Positions 11,701 through 26,800 of a stretch of 64,000 nt of DNA are shown one piece after another. Origin of the DNA: Auanema rhodensis (lineage: Eukaryota; Animalia; Nematoda); contig OZ059900.1 of NCBI GenBank assembly GCA_964057225.1, positions 17,174,001 to 17,238,000 of the forward strand, in the 5' to 3' direction. The notes below the pieces were generated by a model that did no database searches, had not been told where the DNA came from, and saw nothing but the letters and a program-made list of their open reading frames with translations. A program made the translations under genes and the position numbers. Each line of letters starts with the position of its first letter. Position 1 is the first letter of the stretch.

Positions 11701-14700
11701 CGACAAAAAAACAGGGGTTAGAAAATTAAGGAAATTAGCATATTCTGAGGGCACGCCCTTTATGGCTAATATTGATTAAATCGATTTTTGTTCATATGAG
11801 TCGTCAAATGCAACGAATTTCAGCGTGTTACATACTAAAATGAAGCATTTTACATGCTGAACACTAGAAAAATACAAAAACACAGTATTTCCCATGAGAA
11901 ATATTTTATTATGCTGGAAAACCAGTTTTTGGAAATTTCGCTGTAAACAAGGTTTTGACTTACGATTTCATGTGTTCAAACTCATGCAATGTCAATGAAA
12001 CCTAGCTCAAAATTGTTCGTACAACGTCTAGTTCCACTTTCACGACAAAAAAACAGGGGTTAGAAAATTAAGGAAATTAGCATATTCTGAGGGCACGCCC
12101 CTTATGGCTAATATTGATTAAATCGATTTTTGTTCATATGAGTCGTCAAATGCAACGAATTTCAGCGTGTTACATACTAAAATGAAGCATTTTACATGCT
12201 GAACACTAGAAAAATACAAAAACACAGTATTTCCCATGAGAATAATTTTATTATGCTGGAAAACCAGTTTTTGGAAATTTCGCTGTAAACAAGGTTTTGA
12301 CTTACGATTTCATGTGTTCAAACTCATGCAATGTCAATGAAACCTAGCTCAAAATTGTTCGTACAACGTCTAGTTCCACTTTCACGACAAAAAAACAGGG
12401 GTTAGAAAATTAAGGAAATTAGCATATTCTGAGGGCACGCCCCTTATGGCTAATATTGATTAAATCGATTTTTGTTCATATGAGTCGTCAAATGCAACGA
12501 ATTTCAGCGTGTTACATACTAAAATGAAGCATTTTACATGCTGAACACTAGAAAAATACAAAAACACAGTATTTCCCATGAGAAATATTTTATTATGCTG
12601 GAAAACCAGTTTTTGGAAATTTCGCTGTAAACAAGGTTTTGACTTACGATTTCATGTGTTCAAACTCATGCAATGTCAATGAAACCTAGCTCAAAATTGT
12701 TCCTACAACGTCTAGTTCCACTTTCACGACAAAAAAACAGGGGTTAGAAAATTAAGGAAATTAGCATATTCTGAGGGCACGCCCTTTATGGCTAATATTG
12801 ATTAAATCGATTTTTGTTCATATGAGTCGTCAAATGCAACGAATTTCAGCGTGTTACATACTAAAATGAAGCATTTCACATGCTGAACACTAGAAAAATA
12901 CAAAAACACAGTATTTCCCATGAGAAATATTTTATTATGCTGGAAAACCAGTTTTTGGAAATTTCGCTGTAAACAAGGTTTTGACTTACGATTTCATGTG
13001 TTCAAACTCATGCAATGTCAATGAAACCTAGCTCAAAATTGTTCGTACAACGTCTGGTTCCACTTTCACGACAAAAAAACAGGGGTTAGAAAATTAAGGA
13101 AATTAGCATATTCTGAGGGCACGCCCCTTATGGCTAATATTGATTAAATCGATTTTTGTTCATATGAGTCGTCAAATGCAACGAATTTCAGCGTGTTACA
13201 TACTAAAATGAAGCATTTTACATGCTGAACACTAGAAAAATACAAAAACACAGTATTTCCCATGAGAAATATTTTATTATGCTGGAAAACCAGTTTTTGG
13301 AAATTTCGCTGTAAACAAGGTTTTGACTTACGATTTCATGTGTTCAAACTCATGCAATGTCAATGAAACCTAGCTCAAAATTGTTCGTACAACGTCTAGT
13401 TCCACTTTCACGACAAAAAAACAGGGGTTAGAAAATTAAGGAAATTAGCATATTCTGAGGGCACGCCCCCTTATGGCTAATATTGATTAAATCGATTTTT
13501 GTTCATATGAGTCGTCAAATGCAACGAATTTCAGCGTGTTACATACTAAAATGAAGCATTTTACATGCTGAACACTAGAAAAATACAAAAACACAGTAAT
13601 ACCCATGAGAAATATTTTATTATGCTGGAAAACCAGTTTTTGGAAATTTCGCTGTAAACAAGGTTTTGACTTACGATTTCATGTGTTTAAACTCATGCAA
13701 TGTCAATGAAACCTAGCTCAAAATTGTTAATACAATGTCTAGTTCCACTTTCACGACAAAAAAACAGGGGTTAGAAAATTAAGGAAATTAGCATATTCTG
13801 AGGGCACGCCCTTTATGGCTAATATTGATTAAATCGATTTTTGTTCATATGAGTCGTCAAATGCAACGAATTTCAGCGTGTTACATACTAAAATGAAGCA
13901 TTTTACATGCTGAACACTAGAAAAATACAAAAACACAGTATTTCCCATGAGAAATATTTTATTATGCTGGAAAACCAGTTTTTGGAAATTTCGCTGTAAA
14001 CAAGGTTTTGACTTACGATTTCATGTGTTCAAACTCATGCAATGTCAATGAAACCTAGCTCAAAATTGTTCGTACAACGTCTAGTTCCACTTTCACGACA
14101 AAAAAACAGGGGTTAGAAAATTAAGGAAATTAGCATATTCTGAGGGCACGCCCCCTTATGGCTAATATTGATTAAATCGATTTTTGTTCATATGAGTCGT
14201 CAAATGCAACGAATTTCAGCGTGTTACATACTAAAATGAAGCATTTTACATGCTGAACACTAGAAAAATACAAAAACACAGTAATACCCATGAGAAATAT
14301 TTTATTATGCTGGAAAACCAGTTTTTGGAAATTTCGCTGTAAACAAGGTTTTGACTTACGATTTCATGTGTTTAAACTCATGCAATGTCAATGAAACCTA
14401 GCTCAAAATTGTTAATACAATGTCTAGTTCCACTTTCACGACAAAAAAACAGGGGTTAGAAAATTAAGGAAATTAGCATATTCTGAGGGCACGCCCTTTA
14501 TGGCTAATATTGATTAAATCGATTTTTGTTCATATGAGTCGTCAAATGCAACGAATTTCAGCGTGTTACATACTAAAATGAAGCATTTTACATGCTGAAC
14601 ACTAGAAAAATACAAAAACACAGTATTTCCCATGAGAAATATTTTATTATGCTGGAAAACCAGTTTTTGGAAATTTCGCTGTAAACAAGGTTTTGACTTA

Positions 14701-16078
14701 CGATTTCATGTGTTCAAACTCATGCAATGTCAATGAAACCTAGCTCAAAATTGTTCGTACAACGTCTAGTTCCACTTTCACGACTAAAAAACAGGGGTTA
14801 GAAAATTAAGGAAATTAGCATATTCTGAGGGCACGCCCCTTATGGCTAATATTGATTAAATCGATTTTTGTTCATATGAGTCGTCAAATGCAACGAATTT
14901 CAGCGTGTTACATACTAAAATGAAGCATTTTACATGCTGAACACTAGAAAAATACAAAAACACAGTATTTCCCATGAGAAATATTTTATTATGCTGGAAA
15001 ACCAGTTTTTGGAAATTTCGCTGTAAACAAGGTTTTGACTTACGATTTCATGTGTTCAAACTCATGCAATGTCAATGAAACCCAGCTCAAAATTGTTCGT
15101 ACAACGTCTAGTTCCACTTTCACGACAAAAAAACAGGGGTTAGAAAATTAAGGAAATTAGCATATTCTGAGGGCACGCCCCTTATGGCTAATATTGATTA
15201 AATCGATTTTTGTTCATATGAGTCGTCAAATGCAACGAATTTCAGCGTGTTACATACTAAAATAAAGCATTTTACATGCTGAACACTAGAAAAATACAAA
15301 AACACAGTATTTCCCATGAGAAATATTTTATTATGCTGGAAAACCAGTTTTTGGAAATTTCGCTGTAAACAAGGTTTTGACTTACGATTTCATGTGTTCA
15401 AACTCATGCAATGTCAATGAAACCTAGCTCAAAATTGTTCGTACAACGTCTAGTTCCACTTTCACGACAAAAAAACAGGGGTTAGAAAATTAAGGAAATT
15501 AGCATATTCTGAGGGCACGCCCCTTATGGCTAATATTGATTAAATCGATTTTTGTTCATATGAGTCGTCAAATGCAACGAATTTCAGCGTGTTACATACT
15601 AAAATGAAGCATTTTACATGCTGAACACTAGAAAAATACAAAAACACAGTATTTCCCATGAGAAATATTTTATTATGCTGGAAAACCAGTTTTTGGAAAT
15701 TTCGCTGTAAACAAGGTTTTGACTTACGATTTCATGTGTTCAAACTCATGCAATGTCAATGAAACCCAGCTCAAAATTGTTCGTACAACGTCTAGTTCCA
15801 CTTTCACGACAAAAAAACAGGGGTTAGAAAATTAAGGAAATTAGCATATTCTGAGGGCACGCCCCTTATGGCTAATATTGATTAAATCGATTTTTGTTCA
15901 TATGAGTCGTCAAATGCAACGAATTTCAGCGTGTTACATACTAAAATGAAGCATTTTACATGCTGAACACTAGAAAAATACAAAAACACAGTATTTCCCA
16001 TGAGAAATATTTTATTATGCTGGAAAACCAGTTTTTGGAAATTTCGCTGTAAACAAGGTTTTGACTTACGATTTCATG
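2737..16078 (+). repeat. Tandem pair of related higher-order blocks: 18-mer (2737-8894) and 21-mer (8895-16078)
   Basis: Same order of rare markers in both blocks: GAATAATT, GACTAG, TTTGAAAA, ATTTCAC, TCTGG, extra C in the C-run, TGTTTAAAC/TTAATACAATG, GACTAAAA, AAATAAAG, CCCAGCT. Confidence 0.85.
6499..7868 (+). repeat. 685-bp dimer x2 (343-bp monomer with extra C and GTAATAC, then monomer with TGTTTAAAC and TTAATACAATG); same cassette at 13341-14710 and 24629-25998
   Basis: GCCCCCTT insertions near 6626, 7311, 13468, 14153, 24756 and 25441, each followed by the TTTAAAC monomer. Confidence 0.92.
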
Positions 16079-17104
16079 TGTTCAAACTCATGCAATGTCA
16101 ATGAAACCTAGCTCAAAATTGTTCGTACAACGTCTAGTTCCACTTTCACGACAAAAAAACAGGGGTTAGAAAATTAAGGAAATTAGCATATTCTGAGGGC
16201 ACGCCCCTTATGGCTAATATTGATTAAATCGATTTTTGTTCATATGAGTCGTCAAATGCAACGAATTTCAGCGTGTTACATACTAAAATGAAGCATTTTA
16301 CATGCTGAACACTAGAAAAATACAAAAACACAGTATTTCCCATGAGAAATATTTTATTATGCTGGAAAACCAGTTTTTGAAAATTTCGCTGTAAACAAGG
16401 TTTTGACTTACGATTTCATGTGTTCAAACTCATGCAATGTCAATGAAACCTAGCTCAAAATTGTTCCTACAACGTCTAGTTCCACTTTCACGACAAAAAA
16501 ACAGGGGTTAGAAAATTAAGGAAATTAGCATATTCTGAGGGCACGCCCTTTATGGCTAATATTGATTAAATCGATTTTTGTTCATATGAGTCGTCAAATG
16601 CAACGAATTTCAGCGTGTTACATACTAAAATGAAGCATTTTACATGCTGAACACTAGAAAAATACAAAAACACAGTATTTCCCATGAGAAATATTTTATT
16701 ATGCTGGAAAACCAGTTTTTGAAAATTTCGCTGTAAACAAGGTTTTGACTTACGATTTCATGTGTTCAAACTCATGCAATGTCAATGAAACCTAGCTCAA
16801 AATTGTTCCTACAACGTCTAGTTCCACTTTCACGACAAAAAAACAGGGGTTAGAAAATTAAGGAAATTAGCATATTCTGAGGGCACGCCCCTTATGGCTA
16901 ATATTGATTAAATCGATTTTTGTTCATATGAGTCGTCAAATGCAACGAATTTCAGCGTGTTACATACTAAAATGAAGCATTTTACATGCTGAACACTAGA
17001 AAAATACAAAAACACAGTATTTCCCATGAGAAATATTTTATTATGCTGGAAAACCAGTTTTTGGAAATTTCGCTGTAAACAAGGTTTTGACTTACGATTT
17101 CATG
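9579..17104 (+). repeat. 22-monomer block (M29-50), copy 1; duplicated at 20867-28392
   Basis: Every marker read matches at offset 11288 (33x342+2), including the rare CTTTTACG variant (about 11015 and 22303) and TCTGG. Confidence 0.88.
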
Positions 17105-18814
17105 TGTTCAAACTCATGCAATGTCAATGAAACCTAGCTCAAAATTGTTCCTACAACGTCTAGTTCCACTTTCACGACAAAAAAACAGGGGTTAGAAAAT
17201 TAAGGAAATTAGCATATTCTGAGGGCACGCCCTTTATGGCTAATATTGATTAAATCGATTTTTGTTCATATGAGTCGTCAAATGCAACGAATTTCAGCGT
17301 GTTACATACTAAAATGAAGCATTTCACATGCTGAACACTAGAAAAATACAAAAACACAGTATTTCCCATGAGAAATATTTTATTATGCTGGAAAACCAGT
17401 TTTTGGAAATTTCGCTGTAAACAAGGTTTTGACTTACGATTTCATGTGTTCAAACTCATGCAATGTCAATGAAACCTAGCTCAAAATTGTTCGTACAACG
17501 TCTAGTTCCACTTTCACGACAAAAAAACAGGGGTTAGAAAATTAAGGAAATTAGCATATTCTGAGGGCACGCCCCTTATGGCTAATATTGATTAAATCGA
17601 TTTTTGTTCATATGAGTCGTCAAATGCAACGAATTTCAGCGTGTTACATACTAAAATGAAGCATTTTACATGCTGAACACTAGAAAAATACAAAAACACA
17701 GTATTTCCCATGAGAAATATTTTATTATGCTGGAAAACCAGTTTTTGAAAATTTCGCTGTAAACAAGGTTTTGACTTACGATTTCATGTGTTCAAACTCA
17801 TGCAATGTCAATGAAACCTAGCTCAAAATTGTTCCTACAACGTCTAGTTCCACTTTCACGACAAAAAAACAGGGGTTAGAAAATTAAGGAAATTAGCATA
17901 TTCTGAGGGCACGCCCTTTATGGCTAATATTGATTAAATCGATTTTTGTTCATATGAGTCGTCAAATGCAACGAATTTCAGCGTGTTACATACTAAAATG
18001 AAGCATTTTACATGCTGAACACTAGAAAAATACAAAAACACAGTATTTCCCATGAGAAATATTTTATTATGCTGGAAAACCAGTTTTTGAAAATTTCGCT
18101 GTAAACAAGGTTTTGACTTACGATTTCATGTGTTCAAACTCATGCAATGTCAATGAAACCTAGCTCAAAATTGTTCCTACAACGTCTAGTTCCACTTTCA
18201 CGACAAAAAAACAGGGGTTAGAAAATTAAGGAAATTAGCATATTCTGAGGGCACGCCCCTTATGGCTAATATTGATTAAATCGATTTTTGTTCATATGAG
18301 TCGTCAAATGCAACGAATTTCAGCGTGTTACATACTAAAATGAAGCATTTTACATGCTGAACACTAGAAAAATACAAAAACACAGTATTTCCCATGAGAA
18401 ATATTTTATTATGCTGGAAAACCAGTTTTTGGAAATTTCGCTGTAAACAAGGTTTTGACTTACGATTTCATGTGTTCAAACTCATGCAATGTCAATGAAA
18501 CCTAGCTCAAAATTGTTCCTACAACGTCTAGTTCCACTTTCACGACAAAAAAACAGGGGTTAGAAAATTAAGGAAATTAGCATATTCTGAGGGCACGCCC
18601 TTTATGGCTAATATTGATTAAATCGATTTTTGTTCATATGAGTCGTCAAATGCAACGAATTTCAGCGTGTTACATACTAAAATGAAGCATTTCACATGCT
18701 GAACACTAGAAAAATACAAAAACACAGTATTTCCCATGAGAAATATTTTATTATGCTGGAAAACCAGTTTTTGGAAATTTCGCTGTAAACAAGGTTTTGA
18801 CTTACGATTTCATG
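16079..18814 (+). repeat. 4-monomer (1368 bp) higher-order unit x2 (M48-51 = M52-55)
   Basis: The order [TTTGAAAA], [CCTAC+CCCTTT+TTTGAAAA], [CCTAC], [CCTAC+CCCTTT+ATTTCAC] occurs twice. Confidence 0.85.
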
Positions 18815-20866
18815 TGTTCAAACTCATGCAATGTCAATGAAACCTAGCTCAAAATTGTTCCTACAACGTCTAGTTCCACTTTCACGACAAAAAAACAGGG
18901 GTTAGAAAATTTAGGAAATTAGCATATTCTGAGGGCACGCCCCTTATGGCTAATATTGATTAAATCGATTTTTGTTCATATGAGTCGTCAAATGCAACGA
19001 ATTTCAGCGTATTACATACTAAAATGAAGTATTTCACATGCTGAACACTAGAAAAATACAAAAACACAGTATTTCCCATGAGAAATATTTTATTATGCTG
19101 GAAAACCAGTTTTTGGAAATTTCGCTGTAAACAAGGTTTTGACTTACGATTTCATGTGTTCAAACTCATGCAATGTCAATGAAACCTAGCTCAAAATTGT
19201 TCGTACAACGTCTAGTTCCACTTTCACGACAAAAAAACAGGGGTTAGAAAATTAAGGAAATTAGCATATTCTGAGGGCACGCCCCTTATGGCTAATATTG
19301 ATTAAATCGATTTTTGTTCATATGAGTCGTCAAATGCAACGAATTTCAGCGTGTTACATACTAAAATGAAGCATTTTACATGCTGAACACTAGAAAAATA
19401 CAAAAACACAGTAATACCCATGAGAAATATTTTATTATGCTGGAAAACCAGTTTTTGGAAAGTTCGCTGTAAACAAGGTTTTGACTTACGATTTCATGTG
19501 TTCAAACTCATGCAATGTCAATGAAACCTAGCTCAAAATTGTTCGTACAACGTCTAGTTCCACTTTCACGACTAAAAAACAGGGGTTAGAAAATTAAGGA
19601 AATTAGCATATTCTGAGGGCACGCCCCTTATGGCTAATATTGATTAAATCGATTTTTGTTCATATGAGTCGTCAAATGCAACGAATTTCAGCGTGTTACA
19701 TACTAAAATGAAGCATTTTACATGCTGAACACTAGAAAAATACAAAAACACAGTAATACCCATGAGAAATATTTTATTATGCTGGAAAACCAGTTTTTGG
19801 AAATTTCGCTGTAAACAAGGTTTTGACTTACGATTTCATGTGTTCAAACTCATGCAATGTCAATGAAACCTAGCTCAAAATTGTTCGTACAACGTCTAGT
19901 TCCACTTTCACGACAAAAAAACAGGGGTTAGAAAATTAAGGAAATTAGCATATTCTGAGGGCACGCCCCTTATGGCTAATATTGATTAAATCGATTTTTG
20001 TTCATATGAGTCGTCAAATGCAACGAATTTCAGCGTGTTACATACTAAAATGAAGCATTTTACATGCTGAACACTAGAAAAATACAAAAACACAGTAATA
20101 CCCATGAGAAATATTTTATTATGCTGGAAAACCAGTTTTTGGAAATTTCGCTGTAAACAAGGTTTTGACTTACGATTTCATGTGTTCAAACTCATGCAAT
20201 GTCAATGAAACCTAGCTCAAAATTGTTAATACAATGTCTAGTTCCACTTTCACGACAAAAAAACAGGGGTTAGAAAATTAAGGAAATTAGCATATTCTGA
20301 GGGCACGCCCTTTATGGCTAATATTGATTAAATCGATTTTTGTTCATATGAGTCGTCAAATGCAACGAATTTCAGCGTGTTACATACTAAAATGAAGCAT
20401 TTTACATGCTGAACACTAGAAAAATACAAAAACACAGTATTTCCCATGAGAAATATTTTATTATGCTGGAAAACCAGTTTTTGGAAATTTCGCTGTAAAC
20501 AAGGTTTTGACTTACGATTTCATGTGTTCAAACTCATGCAATGTCAATGAAACCTAGCTCAAAATTGTTCCTACAACGTCTAGTTCCACTTTCACGACAA
20601 AAAAACAGGGGTTAGAAAATTAAGGAAATTAGCATATTCTGAGGGCACGCCCTTTATGGCTAATATTGATTAAATCGATTTTTGTTCATATGAGTCGTCA
20701 AATGCAACGAATTTCAGCGTGTTACATACTAAAATGAAGCATTTTACATGCTGAACACTAGAAAAATACAAAAACACAGTATTTCCCATGAGAAATATTT
20801 TATTATGCTGGAAAACCAGTTTTTGGAAATTTCGCTGTAAACAAGGTTTTGACTTACGATTTCATG

Positions 20867-23800
20867 TGTTCAAACTCATGCAATGTCAATGAAACCTAGC
20901 TCAAAATTGTTCGTACAACGTCTAGTTCCACTTTCACGACAAAAAAACAGGGGTTAGAAAATTAAGGAAATTAGCATATTCTGAGGGCACGCCCCTTATG
21001 GCTAATATTGATTAAATCGATTTTTGTTCATATGAGTCGTCAAATGCAACGAATTTCAGCGTGTTACATACTAAAATGAAGCATTTTACATGCTGAACAC
21101 TAGAAAAATACAAAAACACAGTATTTCCCATGAGAAATATTTTATTATGCTGGAAAACCAGTTTTTGGAAATTTCGCTGTAAACAAGGTTTTGACTTACG
21201 ATTTCATGTGTTCAAACTCATGCAATGTCAATGAAACCTAGCTCAAAATTGTTCGTACAACGACTAGTTCCACTTTCACGACAAAAAAACAGGGGTTAGA
21301 AAATTAAGGAAATTAGCATATTCTGAGGGCACGCCCCTTATGGCTAATATTGATTAAATCGATTTTTGTTCATATGAGTCGTCAAATGCAACGAATTTCA
21401 GCGTGTTACATACTAAAATGAAGCATTTTACATGCTGAACACTAGAAAAATACAAAAACACAGTATTTCCCATGAGAAATATTTTATTATGCTGGAAAAC
21501 CAGTTTTTGGAAATTTCGCTGTAAACAAGGTTTTGACTTACGATTTCATGTGTTCAAACTCATGCAATGTCAATGAAACCTAGCTCAAAATTGTTCGTAC
21601 AACGTCTAGTTCCACTTTCACGACAAAAAAACAGGGGTTAGAAAATTAAGGAAATTAGCATATTCTGAGGGCACGCCCCTTATGGCTAATATTGATTAAA
21701 TCGATTTTTGTTCATATGAGTCGTCAAATGCAACGAATTTCAGCGTGTTACATACTAAAATGAAGCATTTTACATGCTGAACACTAGAAAAATACAAAAA
21801 CACAGTATTTCCCATGAGAAATATTTTATTATGCTGGAAAACCAGTTTTTGGAAATTTCGCTGTAAACAAGGTTTTGACTTACGATTTCATGTGTTCAAA
21901 CTCATGCAATGTCAATGAAACCTAGCTCAAAATTGTTCGTACAACGACTAGTTCCACTTTCACGACAAAAAAACAGGGGTTAGAAAATTAAGGAAATTAG
22001 CATATTCTGAGGGCACGCCCCTTATGGCTAATATTGATTAAATCGATTTTTGTTCATATGAGTCGTCAAATGCAACGAATTTCAGCGTGTTACATACTAA
22101 AATGAAGCATTTTACATGCTGAACACTAGAAAAATACAAAAACACAGTATTTCCCATGAGAAATATTTTATTATGCTGGAAAACCAGTTTTTGAAAATTT
22201 CGCTGTAAACAAGGTTTTGACTTACGATTTCATGTGTTCAAACTCATGCAATGTCAATGAAACCTAGCTCAAAATTGTTCCTACAACGTCTAGTTCCACT
22301 TTTACGACAAAAAAACAGGGGTTAGAAAATTAAGGAAATTAGCATATTCTGAGGGCACGCCCTTTATGGCTAATATTGATTAAATCGATTTTTGTTCATA
22401 TGAGTCGTCAAATGCAACGAATTTCAGCGTGTTACATACTAAAATGAAGCATTTTACATGCTGAACACTAGAAAAATACAAAAACACAGTATTTCCCATG
22501 AGAAATATTTTATTATGCTGGAAAACCAGTTTTTGGAAATTTCGCTGTAAACAAGGTTTTGACTTACGATTTCATGTGTTCAAACTCATGCAATGTCAAT
22601 GAAACCTAGCTCAAAATTGTTCGTACAACGACTAGTTCCACTTTCACGACAAAAAAACAGGGGTTAGAAAATTAAGGAAATTAGCATATTCTGAGGGCAC
22701 GCCCCTTATGGCTAATATTGATTAAATCGATTTTTGTTCATATGAGTCGTCAAATGCAACGAATTTCAGCGTGTTACATACTAAAATGAAGCATTTTACA
22801 TGCTGAACACTAGAAAAATACAAAAACACAGTATTTCCCATGAGAAATATTTTATTATGCTGGAAAACCAGTTTTTGAAAATTTCGCTGTAAACAAGGTT
22901 TTGACTTACGATTTCATGTGTTCAAACTCATGCAATGTCAATGAAACCTAGCTCAAAATTGTTCCTACAACGTCTAGTTCCACTTTCACGACAAAAAAAC
23001 AGGGGTTAGAAAATTAAGGAAATTAGCATATTCTGAGGGCACGCCCTTTATGGCTAATATTGATTAAATCGATTTTTGTTCATATGAGTCGTCAAATGCA
23101 ACGAATTTCAGCGTGTTACATACTAAAATGAAGCATTTTACATGCTGAACACTAGAAAAATACAAAAACACAGTATTTCCCATGAGAAATATTTTATTAT
23201 GCTGGAAAACCAGTTTTTGGAAATTTCGCTGTAAACAAGGTTTTGACTTACGATTTCATGTGTTCAAACTCATGCAATGTCAATGAAACCTAGCTCAAAA
23301 TTGTTCGTACAACGTCTAGTTCCACTTTCACGACAAAAAAACAGGGGTTAGAAAATTAAGGAAATTAGCATATTCTGAGGGCACGCCCCTTATGGCTAAT
23401 ATTGATTAAATCGATTTTTGTTCATATGAGTCGTCAAATGCAACGAATTTCAGCGTGTTACATACTAAAATGAAGCATTTTACATGCTGAACACTAGAAA
23501 AATACAAAAACACAGTATTTCCCATGAGAATAATTTTATTATGCTGGAAAACCAGTTTTTGGAAATTTCGCTGTAAACAAGGTTTTGACTTACGATTTCA
23601 TGTGTTCAAACTCATGCAATGTCAATGAAACCTAGCTCAAAATTGTTCGTACAACGTCTAGTTCCACTTTCACGACAAAAAAACAGGGGTTAGAAAATTA
23701 AGGAAATTAGCATATTCTGAGGGCACGCCCCTTATGGCTAATATTGATTAAATCGATTTTTGTTCATATGAGTCGTCAAATGCAACGAATTTCAGCGTGT

Positions 23801-26800
23801 TACATACTAAAATGAAGCATTTTACATGCTGAACACTAGAAAAATACAAAAACACAGTATTTCCCATGAGAAATATTTTATTATGCTGGAAAACCAGTTT
23901 TTGGAAATTTCGCTGTAAACAAGGTTTTGACTTACGATTTCATGTGTTCAAACTCATGCAATGTCAATGAAACCTAGCTCAAAATTGTTCCTACAACGTC
24001 TAGTTCCACTTTCACGACAAAAAAACAGGGGTTAGAAAATTAAGGAAATTAGCATATTCTGAGGGCACGCCCTTTATGGCTAATATTGATTAAATCGATT
24101 TTTGTTCATATGAGTCGTCAAATGCAACGAATTTCAGCGTGTTACATACTAAAATGAAGCATTTCACATGCTGAACACTAGAAAAATACAAAAACACAGT
24201 ATTTCCCATGAGAAATATTTTATTATGCTGGAAAACCAGTTTTTGGAAATTTCGCTGTAAACAAGGTTTTGACTTACGATTTCATGTGTTCAAACTCATG
24301 CAATGTCAATGAAACCTAGCTCAAAATTGTTCGTACAACGTCTGGTTCCACTTTCACGACAAAAAAACAGGGGTTAGAAAATTAAGGAAATTAGCATATT
24401 CTGAGGGCACGCCCCTTATGGCTAATATTGATTAAATCGATTTTTGTTCATATGAGTCGTCAAATGCAACGAATTTCAGCGTGTTACATACTAAAATGAA
24501 GCATTTTACATGCTGAACACTAGAAAAATACAAAAACACAGTATTTCCCATGAGAAATATTTTATTATGCTGGAAAACCAGTTTTTGGAAATTTCGCTGT
24601 AAACAAGGTTTTGACTTACGATTTCATGTGTTCAAACTCATGCAATGTCAATGAAACCTAGCTCAAAATTGTTCGTACAACGTCTAGTTCCACTTTCACG
24701 ACAAAAAAACAGGGGTTAGAAAATTAAGGAAATTAGCATATTCTGAGGGCACGCCCCCTTATGGCTAATATTGATTAAATCGATTTTTGTTCATATGAGT
24801 CGTCAAATGCAACGAATTTCAGCGTGTTACATACTAAAATGAAGCATTTTACATGCTGAACACTAGAAAAATACAAAAACACAGTAATACCCATGAGAAA
24901 TATTTTATTATGCTGGAAAACCAGTTTTTGGAAATTTCGCTGTAAACAAGGTTTTGACTTACGATTTCATGTGTTTAAACTCATGCAATGTCAATGAAAC
25001 CTAGCTCAAAATTGTTAATACAATGTCTAGTTCCACTTTCACGACAAAAAAACAGGGGTTAGAAAATTAAGGAAATTAGCATATTCTGAGGGCACGCCCT
25101 TTATGGCTAATATTGATTAAATCGATTTTTGTTCATATGAGTCGTCAAATGCAACGAATTTCAGCGTGTTACATACTAAAATGAAGCATTTTACATGCTG
25201 AACACTAGAAAAATACAAAAACACAGTATTTCCCATGAGAAATATTTTATTATGCTGGAAAACCAGTTTTTGGAAATTTCGCTGTAAACAAGGTTTTGAC
25301 TTACGATTTCATGTGTTCAAACTCATGCAATGTCAATGAAACCTAGCTCAAAATTGTTCGTACAACGTCTAGTTCCACTTTCACGACAAAAAAACAGGGG
25401 TTAGAAAATTAAGGAAATTAGCATATTCTGAGGGCACGCCCCCTTATGGCTAATATTGATTAAATCGATTTTTGTTCATATGAGTCGTCAAATGCAACGA
25501 ATTTCAGCGTGTTACATACTAAAATGAAGCATTTTACATGCTGAACACTAGAAAAATACAAAAACACAGTAATACCCATGAGAAATATTTTATTATGCTG
25601 GAAAACCAGTTTTTGGAAATTTCGCTGTAAACAAGGTTTTGACTTACGATTTCATGTGTTTAAACTCATGCAATGTCAATGAAACCTAGCTCAAAATTGT
25701 TAATACAATGTCTAGTTCCACTTTCACGACAAAAAAACAGGGGTTAGAAAATTAAGGAAATTAGCATATTCTGAGGGCACGCCCTTTATGGCTAATATTG
25801 ATTAAATCGATTTTTGTTCATATGAGTCGTCAAATGCAACGAATTTCAGCGTGTTACATACTAAAATGAAGCATTTTACATGCTGAACACTAGAAAAATA
25901 CAAAAACACAGTATTTCCCATGAGAAATATTTTATTATGCTGGAAAACCAGTTTTTGGAAATTTCGCTGTAAACAAGGTTTTGACTTACGATTTCATGTG
26001 TTCAAACTCATGCAATGTCAATGAAACCTAGCTCAAAATTGTTCGTACAACGTCTAGTTCCACTTTCACGACTAAAAAACAGGGGTTAGAAAATTAAGGA
26101 AATTAGCATATTCTGAGGGCACGCCCCTTATGGCTAATATTGATTAAATCGATTTTTGTTCATATGAGTCGTCAAATGCAACGAATTTCAGCGTGTTACA
26201 TACTAAAATGAAGCATTTTACATGCTGAACACTAGAAAAATACAAAAACACAGTATTTCCCATGAGAAATATTTTATTATGCTGGAAAACCAGTTTTTGG
26301 AAATTTCGCTGTAAACAAGGTTTTGACTTACGATTTCATGTGTTCAAACTCATGCAATGTCAATGAAACCCAGCTCAAAATTGTTCGTACAACGTCTAGT
26401 TCCACTTTCACGACAAAAAAACAGGGGTTAGAAAATTAAGGAAATTAGCATATTCTGAGGGCACGCCCCTTATGGCTAATATTGATTAAATCGATTTTTG
26501 TTCATATGAGTCGTCAAATGCAACGAATTTCAGCGTGTTACATACTAAAATAAAGCATTTTACATGCTGAACACTAGAAAAATACAAAAACACAGTATTT
26601 CCCATGAGAAATATTTTATTATGCTGGAAAACCAGTTTTTGGAAATTTCGCTGTAAACAAGGTTTTGACTTACGATTTCATGTGTTCAAACTCATGCAAT
26701 GTCAATGAAACCTAGCTCAAAATTGTTCGTACAACGTCTAGTTCCACTTTCACGACAAAAAAACAGGGGTTAGAAAATTAAGGAAATTAGCATATTCTGA

